From: an uncultured Bacteroidales bacterium
GTDB lineage: Bacteria; Bacteroidota; Bacteroidia; Bacteroidales; FEN-979
Reading direction: 5' to 3'
Length of the DNA: 64,000 bases
Assembly: GCA_903837605.1 (NCBI GenBank)
Contig: CAILVF010000041.1
Coordinates: forward strand, 11,524-75,523
How positions within the stretch are numbered: position 1 is the first letter of the stretch; the number at the start of each line of letters is the position of its first letter. A model generated the notes under the pieces. That model was not told the DNA's origin, made no database searches, and was given only the letters and a program-made list of their open reading frames with translations. Of the stretch, positions 54,159-63,551 are shown one piece after another. Position numbers and translations under genes: made by a program.

Positions 54159-55787
54159 TTACGACAAGGTGCGCAGATTCTCAAGTTTCTTCTTTTCAAG
54201 AAAACTATGGATATCGCCAAGGTGTTCTTTTACCCTCTTATTGCCGAATTCATACACTTTGGAAACAAGCCCGTCAAGGAAATCACGGTCATGAGACACA
54301 AGTATAAGTGTGCCATCGTAATCCTTCAAAGCGTTTTTCAGGATATCCTTTGTACGCAGGTCAAGATGATTGGTAGGCTCATCGAGGATTAGGAGGTTGA
54401 CCGGCTCAAGCAGGAGTTTGATCATGGCGAGCCGGGTTCGTTCCCCGCCCGAAAGAACTTTCACTTTCTTGTTCCAGTCATCACCACCGAACATAAATGC
54501 CCCCAGCAGGTCTCTGATCTTTGTGCGGATGTCGCCTTTGGCAACATCGTCAATCGTTTCAAATACGGTTAATTCTTCGTTAAGCAGGGAAGCTTCATTT
54601 TGTGCGAAATAACCGATCATGGTATTGTGGCCAATCGTAAGATTGCCATCGTGGGCAGTTTCGCCCATCAGGATTTTCACCAGGGTTGATTTCCCTTCAC
54701 CGTTTTTTCCTACAAATGCAACGCGTTCACCACGCTCTATGCTGAACGAGGCATGAGAAAATACAGTATGATCACCATAGTTTTTTGAGACATCTTCAAG
54801 TATCACCGGGTAACTCCCCGAACGGGGCGAAGGCGGGAACCTCAGGCGAAGCGCGGAAGTGTCCTCTTCGTCTATTTCAATAGGGGTTATTTTTTCCAGC
54901 ATTTTAACGCGGGACTGCACCTGGTTGGTCTTTGAATAAGTCCCCCTGAACCTCTCGATAAAATCCTGGTTTTCATTGATGAATTTCTGTTGCTCGTCAT
55001 ACTGCTTCTGTTGCTGCTGCCGCCTGTCTTTCCGAAGTACAAGGTAGGATGAGTAATTCACTTTGTAGTCATAGATACGTCCCAGGGTCACTTCTATGGT
55101 CCGTGTGGTGATATTGTCGACAAAGGCACGGTCGTGCGAGATAACGATCACGGCTTTTGCGCTGTTAATGAGGAAATCCTCGAACCACTGTATCGACTCT
55201 ATGTCCATATGGTTTGTAGGTTCGTCGAGCAGTATGAGGTCAGGTTTTTTCAGCAGGATTTTTGCCAGTTCGATACGCATGCGCCATCCGCCGCTGAATT
55301 CCCCTGTTGGCCGGTGAAAATCTTCACGCAGGAATCCCAGTCCCAGCAGTATCTTTTCAACTTCGGCATCGTAGTTGGTATCTCCAAGGGAATAATATTT
55401 TTCGCTCAGGGCCGAGACCCTTTCTATCAGTTCATAATATCCGGCCGACTCATAATCGTCGCGGGTTGCCAATTGCAAGTTCAGCTCCTCGATTTCTTTC
55501 TCCATTTCAAGGACATGGGCAAATGCCTGGGCGGCTTCTTCGAAACCACTGCGGCTGTCGACGGTGAGCAGGTGTTGCGGCAGGTAGGCTATCACGGCAT
55601 CCTTTGGCGCCGACACCTTCCCCCTCGTAGGAGTTTTATTACCGGCAATTATTTTAAGAAGGGTTGATTTTCCTGCCCCATTCTTACCCATAAGCGCGAT
55701 CCGGTCCTTATCGTTAATTGCAAAAGAAATATCTTTAAACAGCGTAGTCCCTCCAAACTCCACGGTAAGCCCATCAACTGAAATCAT
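54159..55787 (-). CDS. ABC-F family ATPase (two ABC domains, no TM)
   Basis: 542-aa ORF. Two Walker A motifs (GKNGAGKST, GKNGEGKST), two signature motifs (FSGGWRMR, LSGGERTR), two Walker B motifs (LILLDEPTNH, LLILDEPTNH), and an interdomain linker. Confidence 0.9.
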   Translation of the reverse strand: MISVDGLTVEFGGTTLFKDISFAINDKDRIALMGKNGAGKSTLLKIIAGNKTPTRGKVSAPKDAVIAYLPQHLLTVDSRSGFEEAAQAFAHVLEMEKEIEELNLQLATRDDYESAGYYELIERVSALSEKYYSLGDTNYDAEVEKILLGLGFLREDFHRPTGEFSGGWRMRIELAKILLKKPDLILLDEPTNHMDIESIQWFEDFLINSAKAVIVISHDRAFVDNITTRTIEVTLGRIYDYKVNYSSYLVLRKDRRQQQQKQYDEQQKFINENQDFIERFRGTYSKTNQVQSRVKMLEKITPIEIDEEDTSALRLRFPPSPRSGSYPVILEDVSKNYGDHTVFSHASFSIERGERVAFVGKNGEGKSTLVKILMGETAHDGNLTIGHNTMIGYFAQNEASLLNEELTVFETIDDVAKGDIRTKIRDLLGAFMFGGDDWNKKVKVLSGGERTRLAMIKLLLEPVNLLILDEPTNHLDLRTKDILKNALKDYDGTLILVSHDRDFLDGLVSKVYEFGNKRVKEHLGDIHSFLEKKKLENLRTLS

Positions 55788-55806
55788 TCATTTATTTTTT
55801 GAGGCG

Positions 55807-55814
55807 CAAAGATA
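55807..55814 (-). promoter_or_regulatory. -7 promoter box TATCTTTG for the ABC-F gene
   Basis: The reverse complement of CAAAGATA matches TAnnTTTG, 19 nt upstream of the ATG at 55787. Confidence 0.5.
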
Positions 55815-55961
55815 CCTGAATTTACATCAGCGGAAACCCTCATCCGCAGTAAGTCTTTATACTGAAACCGATAAAAAAACCAAATCTGGCGAATACAAGT
55901 CGTTTACAAAGATTCTGAGGACAATTACTTATTTCTCCTCGCAAATTGGGCTGATTGGGAT

Positions 55962-55969
55962 TACCTTTG
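55962..55969 (+). promoter_or_regulatory. -7 promoter box TACCTTTG
   Basis: Matches TAnnTTTG, 12 nt upstream of the ATG at 55982. Confidence 0.45.
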
Positions 55970-55981
55970 ATAAAAAAAGAA

Positions 55982-58294
55982 ATGGGAACCCCGTCATTTT
56001 TCAGAAACAGATTTCAACAATTCAACATAGCTGTCGGCATTGTTATTTTAATTTTCGCACTCGAAGGCTGTCATAAAAATTCCGACACTTCTCAGAACGG
56101 AACAACACCTATTGGTCAGCTCAGGTTTCCCTCCACATTCAACTGGGAAGCATCGAGGGCGATTTCACTTTCAGCAGGGATTACCATGCTCCCGTCTGAG
56201 ATAGGAAATCTTTGCCGGATCTCGGTTTTTGACGGAGATCCCTTAAAAGGAGGTAAACTTCTGGTAACAGGCTCGGCAGGTTATGGATCGCCTTTTGAAA
56301 CACAGTTCAATGTTGCATCAAGCCTGAATTATTTATACCTCAAAGGAGAGGACGGCGGCGCCTTCAATTTTACCGACAGCGTGAAGGTTTCCGGCCAGGT
56401 TACCTATAATTTCACACAAGCATCTTTAAAAAGTATTGATGCAACAACCTCCGACCCAGATTGCAGCGGTGCAACACCCTCGAAAACACTTTCAGGAAAT
56501 CAAACCGTGTCCCTTACAAACGGGTCCCTGTATTATGTGACCGATAGTTTTACGGGAACAATAAACTTCGGTGGCAGCGGCGCCTCCATTAATGTATGCG
56601 GCACCTTGCATCCTGCTGCCATCAATAATATGAATGCAAACTGCATGATCACTGTAACACAGGGGGGATCGTTTATTTACGACGGGACACTTACCGTTGG
56701 TGACGGAACCCGAATCACTGCTTACGGCAACTCTCATGTACAACTGGGTGGTCTTACTATGAACGGAACAACCGCGAGACTTAGAAATTACTGTAACGAT
56801 TGGGTAATCGGATCAGCATTCTCGCCGAACGGCTTTATAGAGAACTACGGGACACTGGTATTAAACAGCGACCTGAATATCAATGTAAACTCAGGGACTT
56901 TCGTGACAACCTCATCTATTACAGTCGGGGGCAACCTTAACATCAATTCAGTTATTACGAACAACGGCCCTATAGAGGTTTTTGGTTCTTTGAACCTGAA
57001 TAACGCAACATTTTATCATAACTGTAAGCTGCTGATCCATCAGAACCTGAACCTGAACAGCGGCAACCTTACCATGAACGGAGCATACCTCAAGGAGTTC
57101 GGCGAATTGCAGGTTAACCAGGGAGCTACCCTGCTGCTGAAAAACAATTCAATGATATCGACCGCCACTTATAAACAAAGCACCGATATCCAGGGAACAG
57201 GAGGAAGGAGTGAAATTAAGATATCCGGATCGGGCCAGATCATTGGAACTAACAAGGTAAACGGGTCCATCGAAACGATAACTCCTTCCGGCACATTGAC
57301 GACCGGGGGCAATGCAAATTTTACCAATGGTGCAACACTGACTTCAATCGCGACGGCAAAAAATGTCCTGCAGGTCTCAACATGCAATCCCGAAGGGGTT
57401 GGAGGAACTCCTCCCCCGACCGATACCGACGGAGACGGGATCGCAAACAGCCTGGATCAATACCCATCGGACCCTACCCGTGCATTCGACAATTATTATC
57501 CGTCGCAGACAGCTTATGGCACCCTGGTTTTCGAAGATCTGTGGCCGGCCATGGGGGATTACGATTTGAATGACCTGGTGCTGGACTACCGTGTGCAAAC
57601 AGTCACAAACGCTTTGAATAATGTTGTTGATATTAAAATCAATTATTATGTTCGTGCGGCAGGCGCAGGTTACAGTAACGGATTCGGCTTCCAACTTGAC
57701 GGTGTATTGCCGGGGCAGATCGCATCGGTTACAGGATATTCCCTGAAAAATTCTTATATATCATTGGCAGGCAGCGGAGTGGAAAATGGCCAACAACAGG
57801 CTGTAATTATTGTTTTCGATGATTTCAACAATGTAATCCACAGGAATGGATCGGGGACTTTTTTCAATACTGTCCCTGGCGAACCAAAGGGAACTGCCGA
57901 TACGGTTAAAATCAATATCCATATGACCTCACCCCTTGCTCAATCCATTGTTGGCACTCCGCCATATAACCCATTTTTAATAAAAAATAAGGACAGAAGC
58001 ATCGAGATCCATCTTGCGGATAAACCCCCTACATCCCTTGCAAATACAGCACTTTTTGGTACTTCTGCCGACAACTCCAATATTGCTGCAGGGCGCTATT
58101 ACAAAACTTCCAATAATCTTCCCTGGGGGCTTAACCTGCCGGTAACTTTCGATTATGTTACGGAAACCACACCGATCAATTCGGGGTATTTGTTTTTCGT
58201 CAACTGGGCACAGTCAGGAGGGGTGAACTACCCTGATTGGTATACAAACAAGGCAGGATATCGCAATACCGATTATATTTACCAGGGTAAATAG
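55982..58294 (+). CDS. Lipoprotein with an Asn/Gly-rich beta-helix-like central region and a C-terminal LruC domain
   Basis: The start is set at MGTPSFF...ILIFALEGC (lipobox). Central GGNLNINSVITNNGPIEVFGSLNLNNATF...NLNLNSGNLTMNG. DTDGDGIANSLDQYPSDP followed by LVFEDLWPAMGDYDLNDLVLDYRV. The C-terminal ~290 aa are roughly half identical by eye to the 51599 gene. Confidence 0.8.
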   Translation: MGTPSFFRNRFQQFNIAVGIVILIFALEGCHKNSDTSQNGTTPIGQLRFPSTFNWEASRAISLSAGITMLPSEIGNLCRISVFDGDPLKGGKLLVTGSAGYGSPFETQFNVASSLNYLYLKGEDGGAFNFTDSVKVSGQVTYNFTQASLKSIDATTSDPDCSGATPSKTLSGNQTVSLTNGSLYYVTDSFTGTINFGGSGASINVCGTLHPAAINNMNANCMITVTQGGSFIYDGTLTVGDGTRITAYGNSHVQLGGLTMNGTTARLRNYCNDWVIGSAFSPNGFIENYGTLVLNSDLNINVNSGTFVTTSSITVGGNLNINSVITNNGPIEVFGSLNLNNATFYHNCKLLIHQNLNLNSGNLTMNGAYLKEFGELQVNQGATLLLKNNSMISTATYKQSTDIQGTGGRSEIKISGSGQIIGTNKVNGSIETITPSGTLTTGGNANFTNGATLTSIATAKNVLQVSTCNPEGVGGTPPPTDTDGDGIANSLDQYPSDPTRAFDNYYPSQTAYGTLVFEDLWPAMGDYDLNDLVLDYRVQTVTNALNNVVDIKINYYVRAAGAGYSNGFGFQLDGVLPGQIASVTGYSLKNSYISLAGSGVENGQQQAVIIVFDDFNNVIHRNGSGTFFNTVPGEPKGTADTVKINIHMTSPLAQSIVGTPPYNPFLIKNKDRSIEIHLADKPPTSLANTALFGTSADNSNIAAGRYYKTSNNLPWGLNLPVTFDYVTETTPINSGYLFFVNWAQSGGVNYPDWYTNKAGYRNTDYIYQGK

Positions 58295-58319
58295 GATCAA
58301 ATATGTAAAGCGTAAGATC

Positions 58320-59303
58320 ATGAAAATAAACAGAATCGGCAGGATCACCGGCATTACAGTTCTGGTGTTGTTACTGATACTGGTCGTATCGGTCAGTTAC
58401 ATTTTTTTCATACTTCCCAGGTTCCCGGTGCCTCAAATAAAAGTGGAATTAACTCCCGACCGGATTGCAAGGGGGAAATACCTTGCAAATCACGTCAGCG
58501 TATGTATTGATTGTCATTCAACTCGCGACTGGTCTAAATTTTCAGGACCTATGATTTCAGGTACAGAAGGGAAAGGAGGGGAAAGGTTTAGCCGCGAAAT
58601 GGGACTTCCCGGTGAATTTTTTGCAACCAACATAACTCCTGATAAACTTTCCGGCTGGTCTGACGGGGAAATTTATCGTGCAATCGTCAATGGGGTTGGC
58701 AAAGGGAACAGAGCGTTATTTCCTATAATGCCTTATCAATATTACCGCTATTTCAGCACCGGGGATGTTTACGCCATCATTGCATATCTAAGGACCATTC
58801 CTTCGATTGCCTCCCAGCCTCCTGCCTCAAAAGCTGATTTCCCTGTGAATATTATCATGCATACTTTCCCTCAGCCTGCTGAGCCAATGGTTATCCCTCC
58901 AAAAACCGATACTGTCGGTTATGGTAGGTATCTTGTTTCCATTGCAGTATGCAAGGATTGTCACACCCCGTTCTTAAAAAATAAACCGGATGAAAAAATG
59001 GCGTTTGCGGGAGGCAGGGAATTTAAAATGCCTACCGGGACAATCCTGGCTTCAAATATTACTCCCGACAAAGAAACGGGAATAGGTAATTGGACAAAGC
59101 AACGTTTTGTTGCACGGTTCAAGGCCTTTGAGCTTTCAGGATTTACTCCTCCGCCTGTTGAGGGTACCGATATGGTTACAGTCATGCCCTGGACCATGTA
59201 TGCTGGTATGGATACTTCTGACCTGGAAGCGATATTTGCATACCTCAGGACCCAGGCACCTGTAAAGCATGCAATGACACTCTGGACTCCTTCTTTGAAA
59301 TAG
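58320..59303 (+). CDS. Membrane-anchored diheme c-type cytochrome
   Basis: 327-aa ORF. N-terminal TM ITGITVLVLLLILVVSVSYIFFIL. Two CxxCH motifs (CIDCH, CKDCH), each followed by a Met-Pro context (IMPY, VMPW). Confidence 0.8.
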   Translation: MKINRIGRITGITVLVLLLILVVSVSYIFFILPRFPVPQIKVELTPDRIARGKYLANHVSVCIDCHSTRDWSKFSGPMISGTEGKGGERFSREMGLPGEFFATNITPDKLSGWSDGEIYRAIVNGVGKGNRALFPIMPYQYYRYFSTGDVYAIIAYLRTIPSIASQPPASKADFPVNIIMHTFPQPAEPMVIPPKTDTVGYGRYLVSIAVCKDCHTPFLKNKPDEKMAFAGGREFKMPTGTILASNITPDKETGIGNWTKQRFVARFKAFELSGFTPPPVEGTDMVTVMPWTMYAGMDTSDLEAIFAYLRTQAPVKHAMTLWTPSLK

Positions 59304-59363
59304 GGTTTAATCCAGGCTCCCCATTAAATTGATATTTCGGTTGGGAAATTAGAGAATTTTGCA

Positions 59364-59371
59364 TACATTTG
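59364..59371 (+). promoter_or_regulatory. -7 promoter box TACATTTG
   Basis: Matches TAnnTTTG, 21 nt upstream of the ATG at 59393. Confidence 0.5.
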
Positions 59372-59392
59372 ATTGAAACAAACCCTGGGAAG

Positions 59393-62300
59393 ATGAATCT
59401 GAGGGCCCTTTTCTTACTTATTTTACTTTATATTCAGGCCTATCCCGCCCATGCCCAGTTACAATTATCCACAGCATTGTCTCTGCCCGGGCTGAAGGTT
59501 GATAACTGGCAGATGGACCAGGGGCTTCCAGTGAATTCAGTAATGACAATTGCACAATCTGCCGATGGATGGATGTTTTTCGGAACAGAAGAAGGGTTTG
59601 TGAAATTTGACGGAACGGCTTTCGCCCTGATTAATAAATCAAACATCCCCGGGCTCAAGGTGAATTTTATCAGTACCTTACTGGGCGGGCGTGACACGAG
59701 CCTATGGATAGGAACCGAAGGGGATGGTTTACTCCGATATAAGAACAATACATACACAAAATTCACTAAAGCCAACGGGTTATCCGATAACCGGGTTTAT
59801 ACCCTGAATGAGGATCCCCAGGGGGGATTATGGGTGGGAACTTCTGGAGGGGGGGTGAATTTCCTGAAATCAGGAATAATCACTACGTATGATACCATGC
59901 ATGGATTGGCAAATAATTATGTTCGCGCCATCGCATTGGATCCAAAAGGCAGGATCTGGATCGGAACTCAAAAAGGGCTTTCAGTTATTGAAAACGGGAA
60001 AATTAGAAATTACTTTAAAAAAGACGGTCTTTCAGATGATTTCATTGAAACCCTCGCTTTTGATAAAGCGCAGAACCTATGGATAGGAACAAAGGGCGGG
60101 GGTGTGAATGTATTCAAACAAAATAAATTTTTTGTTTATACGGAAAAAGACGGGCTCACCAATAATGCGGTCACCGCGCTTTGTTTCGACACGAATGAAG
60201 TCCTCTGGATAGGAACCAATGGTGGAGGAATTACAAGGATGGCCAATGGAAAATTTTCACCGTTTACCACCAAAGAAGGACTTTCAAGTAATCTCATCGT
60301 TGCGCTCTTTCATGACCGTGAGGGGAATGTATGGGCCGGGACTTCGGGAGCCGGAATTGACCGCATAAAAAGGAAATCAATTCAGACCCTGACAAGCCGC
60401 GATGGCCTGCCGGGGGACGTGATACTGCCAGTATTTGAAGATCATCAGGGTGTTTTATGGTTTGGAGTGGCCGGAAAGGGACTATGCAGGCTGGTAAATG
60501 GGAGAGTACAGAATTTTTCCCGGCCCGACGGGCTGCCCGATCACCTGGTACTCACGATAGGGGAAGACTTGAATTACAATCTCTGGATAGGAACTGCAGG
60601 GGGCGGCCTGAGTTGCTTTAAAAATAAGAAGTTTATTACTTATACCACCGAAAACGGATTATCCAACAATGTTGTTGTCGCAGTGTATTGCGACAGGGCC
60701 GGGATACTGTGGGCAGGAACCACAGGAGGGGGAATTAACCGTTTCAGTGATGGAAAATTCAGTTCGATAACAACCAAACAAGGTTTATCGAACGACAATG
60801 TAAACAGTATCCTGGAAGACCGGGAAGGAAATTTATGGGTTGGGACCAATAATGGGTTAAATAAGATCAGGGACAATAAAATAATAATTATCAATGAACA
60901 GAGCGGATTGTCCAATGATTATGTTTTATCATTATATGAGGACCCGGAAAAAAATTTATGGGTTGGGACTGCCGATGGGCTAAACCTTATCACTAACGGA
61001 AAAATCACAAAAATCAATACTCAGGATGGACTGGTTAATGACGTAGTTCTTAAAATTCTTGAGGATGATTTCGGATATTTCTGGATTAGCTGCAATAAGG
61101 GGATTTATAAAGTCAGGAAACAGGATTTGCTGGATTTTGCAGGGCTGAAGAGAAAATCCATTATCCCCGTTTCTTATGGAAAAGCCGACGGTTTAGAGTC
61201 AACAGAATGCAATGGAGGTATTTCTCCTGCCGGCTGCAGGGCCCGCGACGGGAGGCTGCTGTTCCCCACAATGAAAGGGATATCTGTCATCGATCCGAAA
61301 ATGATGAATATTGTTTCTTCGGATTTTTCTCCCATTTTCATTGAAGAATTTTTTGTTGATGGCCAGGTCGTGGATATTTCATCCCCTGTATCAATTCCAT
61401 CTTATTCCAACAGGCTTGAATTCCGGTTCGCAGCGCTTAATTATACTAACCCGGGCAGGATAAGTTACCGGTACATCCTTACAGGTTTTGACAAGCATTG
61501 GATAGAATGCGGCACACACAGAATGGCTTCCTACACCAATATCCCAAGCGGAACCTATACGTTTAAAGTGATGGCTTCGAATGCAAACGGGCAATGGGAT
61601 GAGCGTAAATACAGCGAATTGAAATTCCAATTAAAACCTCTTTTTTTCCGTTCGTTCACTTTTTATTTCATTGCAGTGGTTTTGATTTTATTGCTGATTT
61701 TCTTTGTATCATATTATTTCATTGAGCGTTTTCATCGTAACAGGTTAAGTCTGCTGGTGGAAAAAAGAACTCAGGAGCTTCACCAGAAGATGATTGCCCA
61801 GATGCAAACCCAGGAAGAACTGCAAAAAACCAACTTCGAATTACTTATTGCCAAGGAGCAGGCCGAATCCAGTGACCGTCTGAAATCGGCATTTATGAAA
61901 AACATCTCCCATGAAATCCGTACACCCCTTAACGGGATTCTTGGATTTAACGAGTTGCTTGCCGAACCTGACCTTACAAATGAAGAAAGGAAACATTACT
62001 TTGCAATTATCAGATCCAACAGTGACAGGTTAATGAATACAGTGACCGAATACATGGATATGTCACTTATTGCTTCCGGGAATCAGGAAGTAGTGAAGAA
62101 GGTATTTTCACCGGGAGATTTGTTAAACGAGATTTATGATCAATTTATTCATACCTGTCTCACGAAAAAACTGGAGTTAGAAATCCAGATCTCAGCAGAA
62201 GGAGGAAATTTGCAGATCAACTCCGATTATGTCTTGCTGAAAAAAGTTTTATGCCACTTACTGGATAACGCTGTGAAATTCACTGATAATGGTAAAGTCC

Positions 62301-62974
62301 GGTATGGATTTGAAGTTAAAAGCCAGGACCTGCAGTTCTTTGTAAAAGATACGGGAGTAGGCATTAATCCTCAATTGTATGAGGCAATTTTCGACACATT
62401 TACGCAGGAAAACCTATCGGATACCCGCGGCCACGAAGGAAGCGGATTAGGTTTATCGATTGTAAAAGGGATTGTAAAATTACTGGGAGGCCGTATCTGG
62501 GTTGAATCAATCAAAGGGGAAGGTTCATCATTCTTTCTCACGATACCATTTGAAAAGAACTCTTTTGAATCACCGGTTATTAGTGCCATTCCGGTTACTT
62601 CAACATGTATGCCCCTGGTCCTTGTTGCCGATGACGATACGTCAGCCAGCCTCCTGGTGGAAAGGATACTCGATAAGGAAGGCGTAAAAGTAATGGTTGT
62701 AACTGACGGCCAAAAGGCGGTTGATGCCTGCCGGCAAACCCCTGAGATTTCGTTGGTTTTAATGGATATAAAAATGCCGTTTCTCGATGGACTTGCAGCT
62801 ACGAAATTAATCAAAGCGCATAACCCGCTTTTACCTGTGATAGCCATAACTGCTTATGCGCAGAGCGGGGATGAGAACCGGGCGCTTGAAGCCGGCTGCA
62901 ACGACTATATTGCCAAGCCATATACCCGGGAGTTGTTGACAGGCAAATTGAAAAAGTACGGGATTATAAGATAA
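59393..62974 (+). CDS. Hybrid sensor histidine kinase: regulator-propeller repeats, Y_Y_Y, TM, HisKA, HATPase, REC
   Basis: The start is set at MNLRALFLLILLYIQAYPAHAQ. Repeats of the LWIGTxGGGxxR type. Y_Y_Y-like YRYILTGFDKHW...GTYTFKVMASNANG. H-box SHEIRTPLNGI, G-box GSGLGLSIVKG, REC VLVADDD...LMDIKMPFLDG. No HPt and no DNA-binding domain. Confidence 0.9.
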   Translation: MNLRALFLLILLYIQAYPAHAQLQLSTALSLPGLKVDNWQMDQGLPVNSVMTIAQSADGWMFFGTEEGFVKFDGTAFALINKSNIPGLKVNFISTLLGGRDTSLWIGTEGDGLLRYKNNTYTKFTKANGLSDNRVYTLNEDPQGGLWVGTSGGGVNFLKSGIITTYDTMHGLANNYVRAIALDPKGRIWIGTQKGLSVIENGKIRNYFKKDGLSDDFIETLAFDKAQNLWIGTKGGGVNVFKQNKFFVYTEKDGLTNNAVTALCFDTNEVLWIGTNGGGITRMANGKFSPFTTKEGLSSNLIVALFHDREGNVWAGTSGAGIDRIKRKSIQTLTSRDGLPGDVILPVFEDHQGVLWFGVAGKGLCRLVNGRVQNFSRPDGLPDHLVLTIGEDLNYNLWIGTAGGGLSCFKNKKFITYTTENGLSNNVVVAVYCDRAGILWAGTTGGGINRFSDGKFSSITTKQGLSNDNVNSILEDREGNLWVGTNNGLNKIRDNKIIIINEQSGLSNDYVLSLYEDPEKNLWVGTADGLNLITNGKITKINTQDGLVNDVVLKILEDDFGYFWISCNKGIYKVRKQDLLDFAGLKRKSIIPVSYGKADGLESTECNGGISPAGCRARDGRLLFPTMKGISVIDPKMMNIVSSDFSPIFIEEFFVDGQVVDISSPVSIPSYSNRLEFRFAALNYTNPGRISYRYILTGFDKHWIECGTHRMASYTNIPSGTYTFKVMASNANGQWDERKYSELKFQLKPLFFRSFTFYFIAVVLILLLIFFVSYYFIERFHRNRLSLLVEKRTQELHQKMIAQMQTQEELQKTNFELLIAKEQAESSDRLKSAFMKNISHEIRTPLNGILGFNELLAEPDLTNEERKHYFAIIRSNSDRLMNTVTEYMDMSLIASGNQEVVKKVFSPGDLLNEIYDQFIHTCLTKKLELEIQISAEGGNLQINSDYVLLKKVLCHLLDNAVKFTDNGKVRYGFEVKSQDLQFFVKDTGVGINPQLYEAIFDTFTQENLSDTRGHEGSGLGLSIVKGIVKLLGGRIWVESIKGEGSSFFLTIPFEKNSFESPVISAIPVTSTCMPLVLVADDDTSASLLVERILDKEGVKVMVVTDGQKAVDACRQTPEISLVLMDIKMPFLDGLAATKLIKAHNPLLPVIAITAYAQSGDENRALEAGCNDYIAKPYTRELLTGKLKKYGIIR

Positions 62975-63012
62975 ATGAAACGTAGTTTTAACAACTGGAT
63001 TAAAGATTGATT

Positions 63013-63546
63013 ATGGCAGAAATATTACCGGGCGTAGGCTCAAGAGTAAAACATCCCCAGTTCGGGAAAGGCGTGATCATCCAGATCAGGTCGGATGCAT
63101 ATGAGATTTCATTTATTGAAATCGGCATAAGGATCATCAACAGGAATTTTGAAGGGCTCGAGATCATTGAAGCTGTTGAAACCTCCTCTGACATTACCAC
63201 CTATGAAAAACTTGAAAAAAGCCTTATCAGGGTGTTGCGGCAGTTCAGTGATGTGCAGGAGACTGTGCACCTGGGCGGGAAATGGACAGGTGGCAAACTG
63301 GTCATGTTCCCGGGAGACAAGAGCCTGAAAGAAAAGGAAGTCCCGATCGAAATGTTTTTCCACAAAATTGTCATGGTACGAGACAGGCTGCGGGTCCTGG
63401 AGCAGAAGATCAACACCAGCGCATTAAGCGATGAGGAAAAAGTGGAACTCCAGCAGTATATCACAAGAATATACGGAAGCCTCACAACATTCAATGTGCT
63501 TTTTAAGAACAAAGAGGACCAGTTTGTCGGGGATAAAGGAGCCTGA
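63013..63546 (+). CDS. Hypothetical protein with an N-terminal DUF3553/UvrD-C-tail-like motif
   Basis: 177-aa product MAEILPGVGSRVKHPQFGKGVIIQI... (GxRVxHxxFGxGxV pattern). The C-terminal half is predicted helical, with no recognised family. Confidence 0.55.
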   Translation: MAEILPGVGSRVKHPQFGKGVIIQIRSDAYEISFIEIGIRIINRNFEGLEIIEAVETSSDITTYEKLEKSLIRVLRQFSDVQETVHLGGKWTGGKLVMFPGDKSLKEKEVPIEMFFHKIVMVRDRLRVLEQKINTSALSDEEKVELQQYITRIYGSLTTFNVLFKNKEDQFVGDKGA

Positions 63547-63551
63547 AGATT

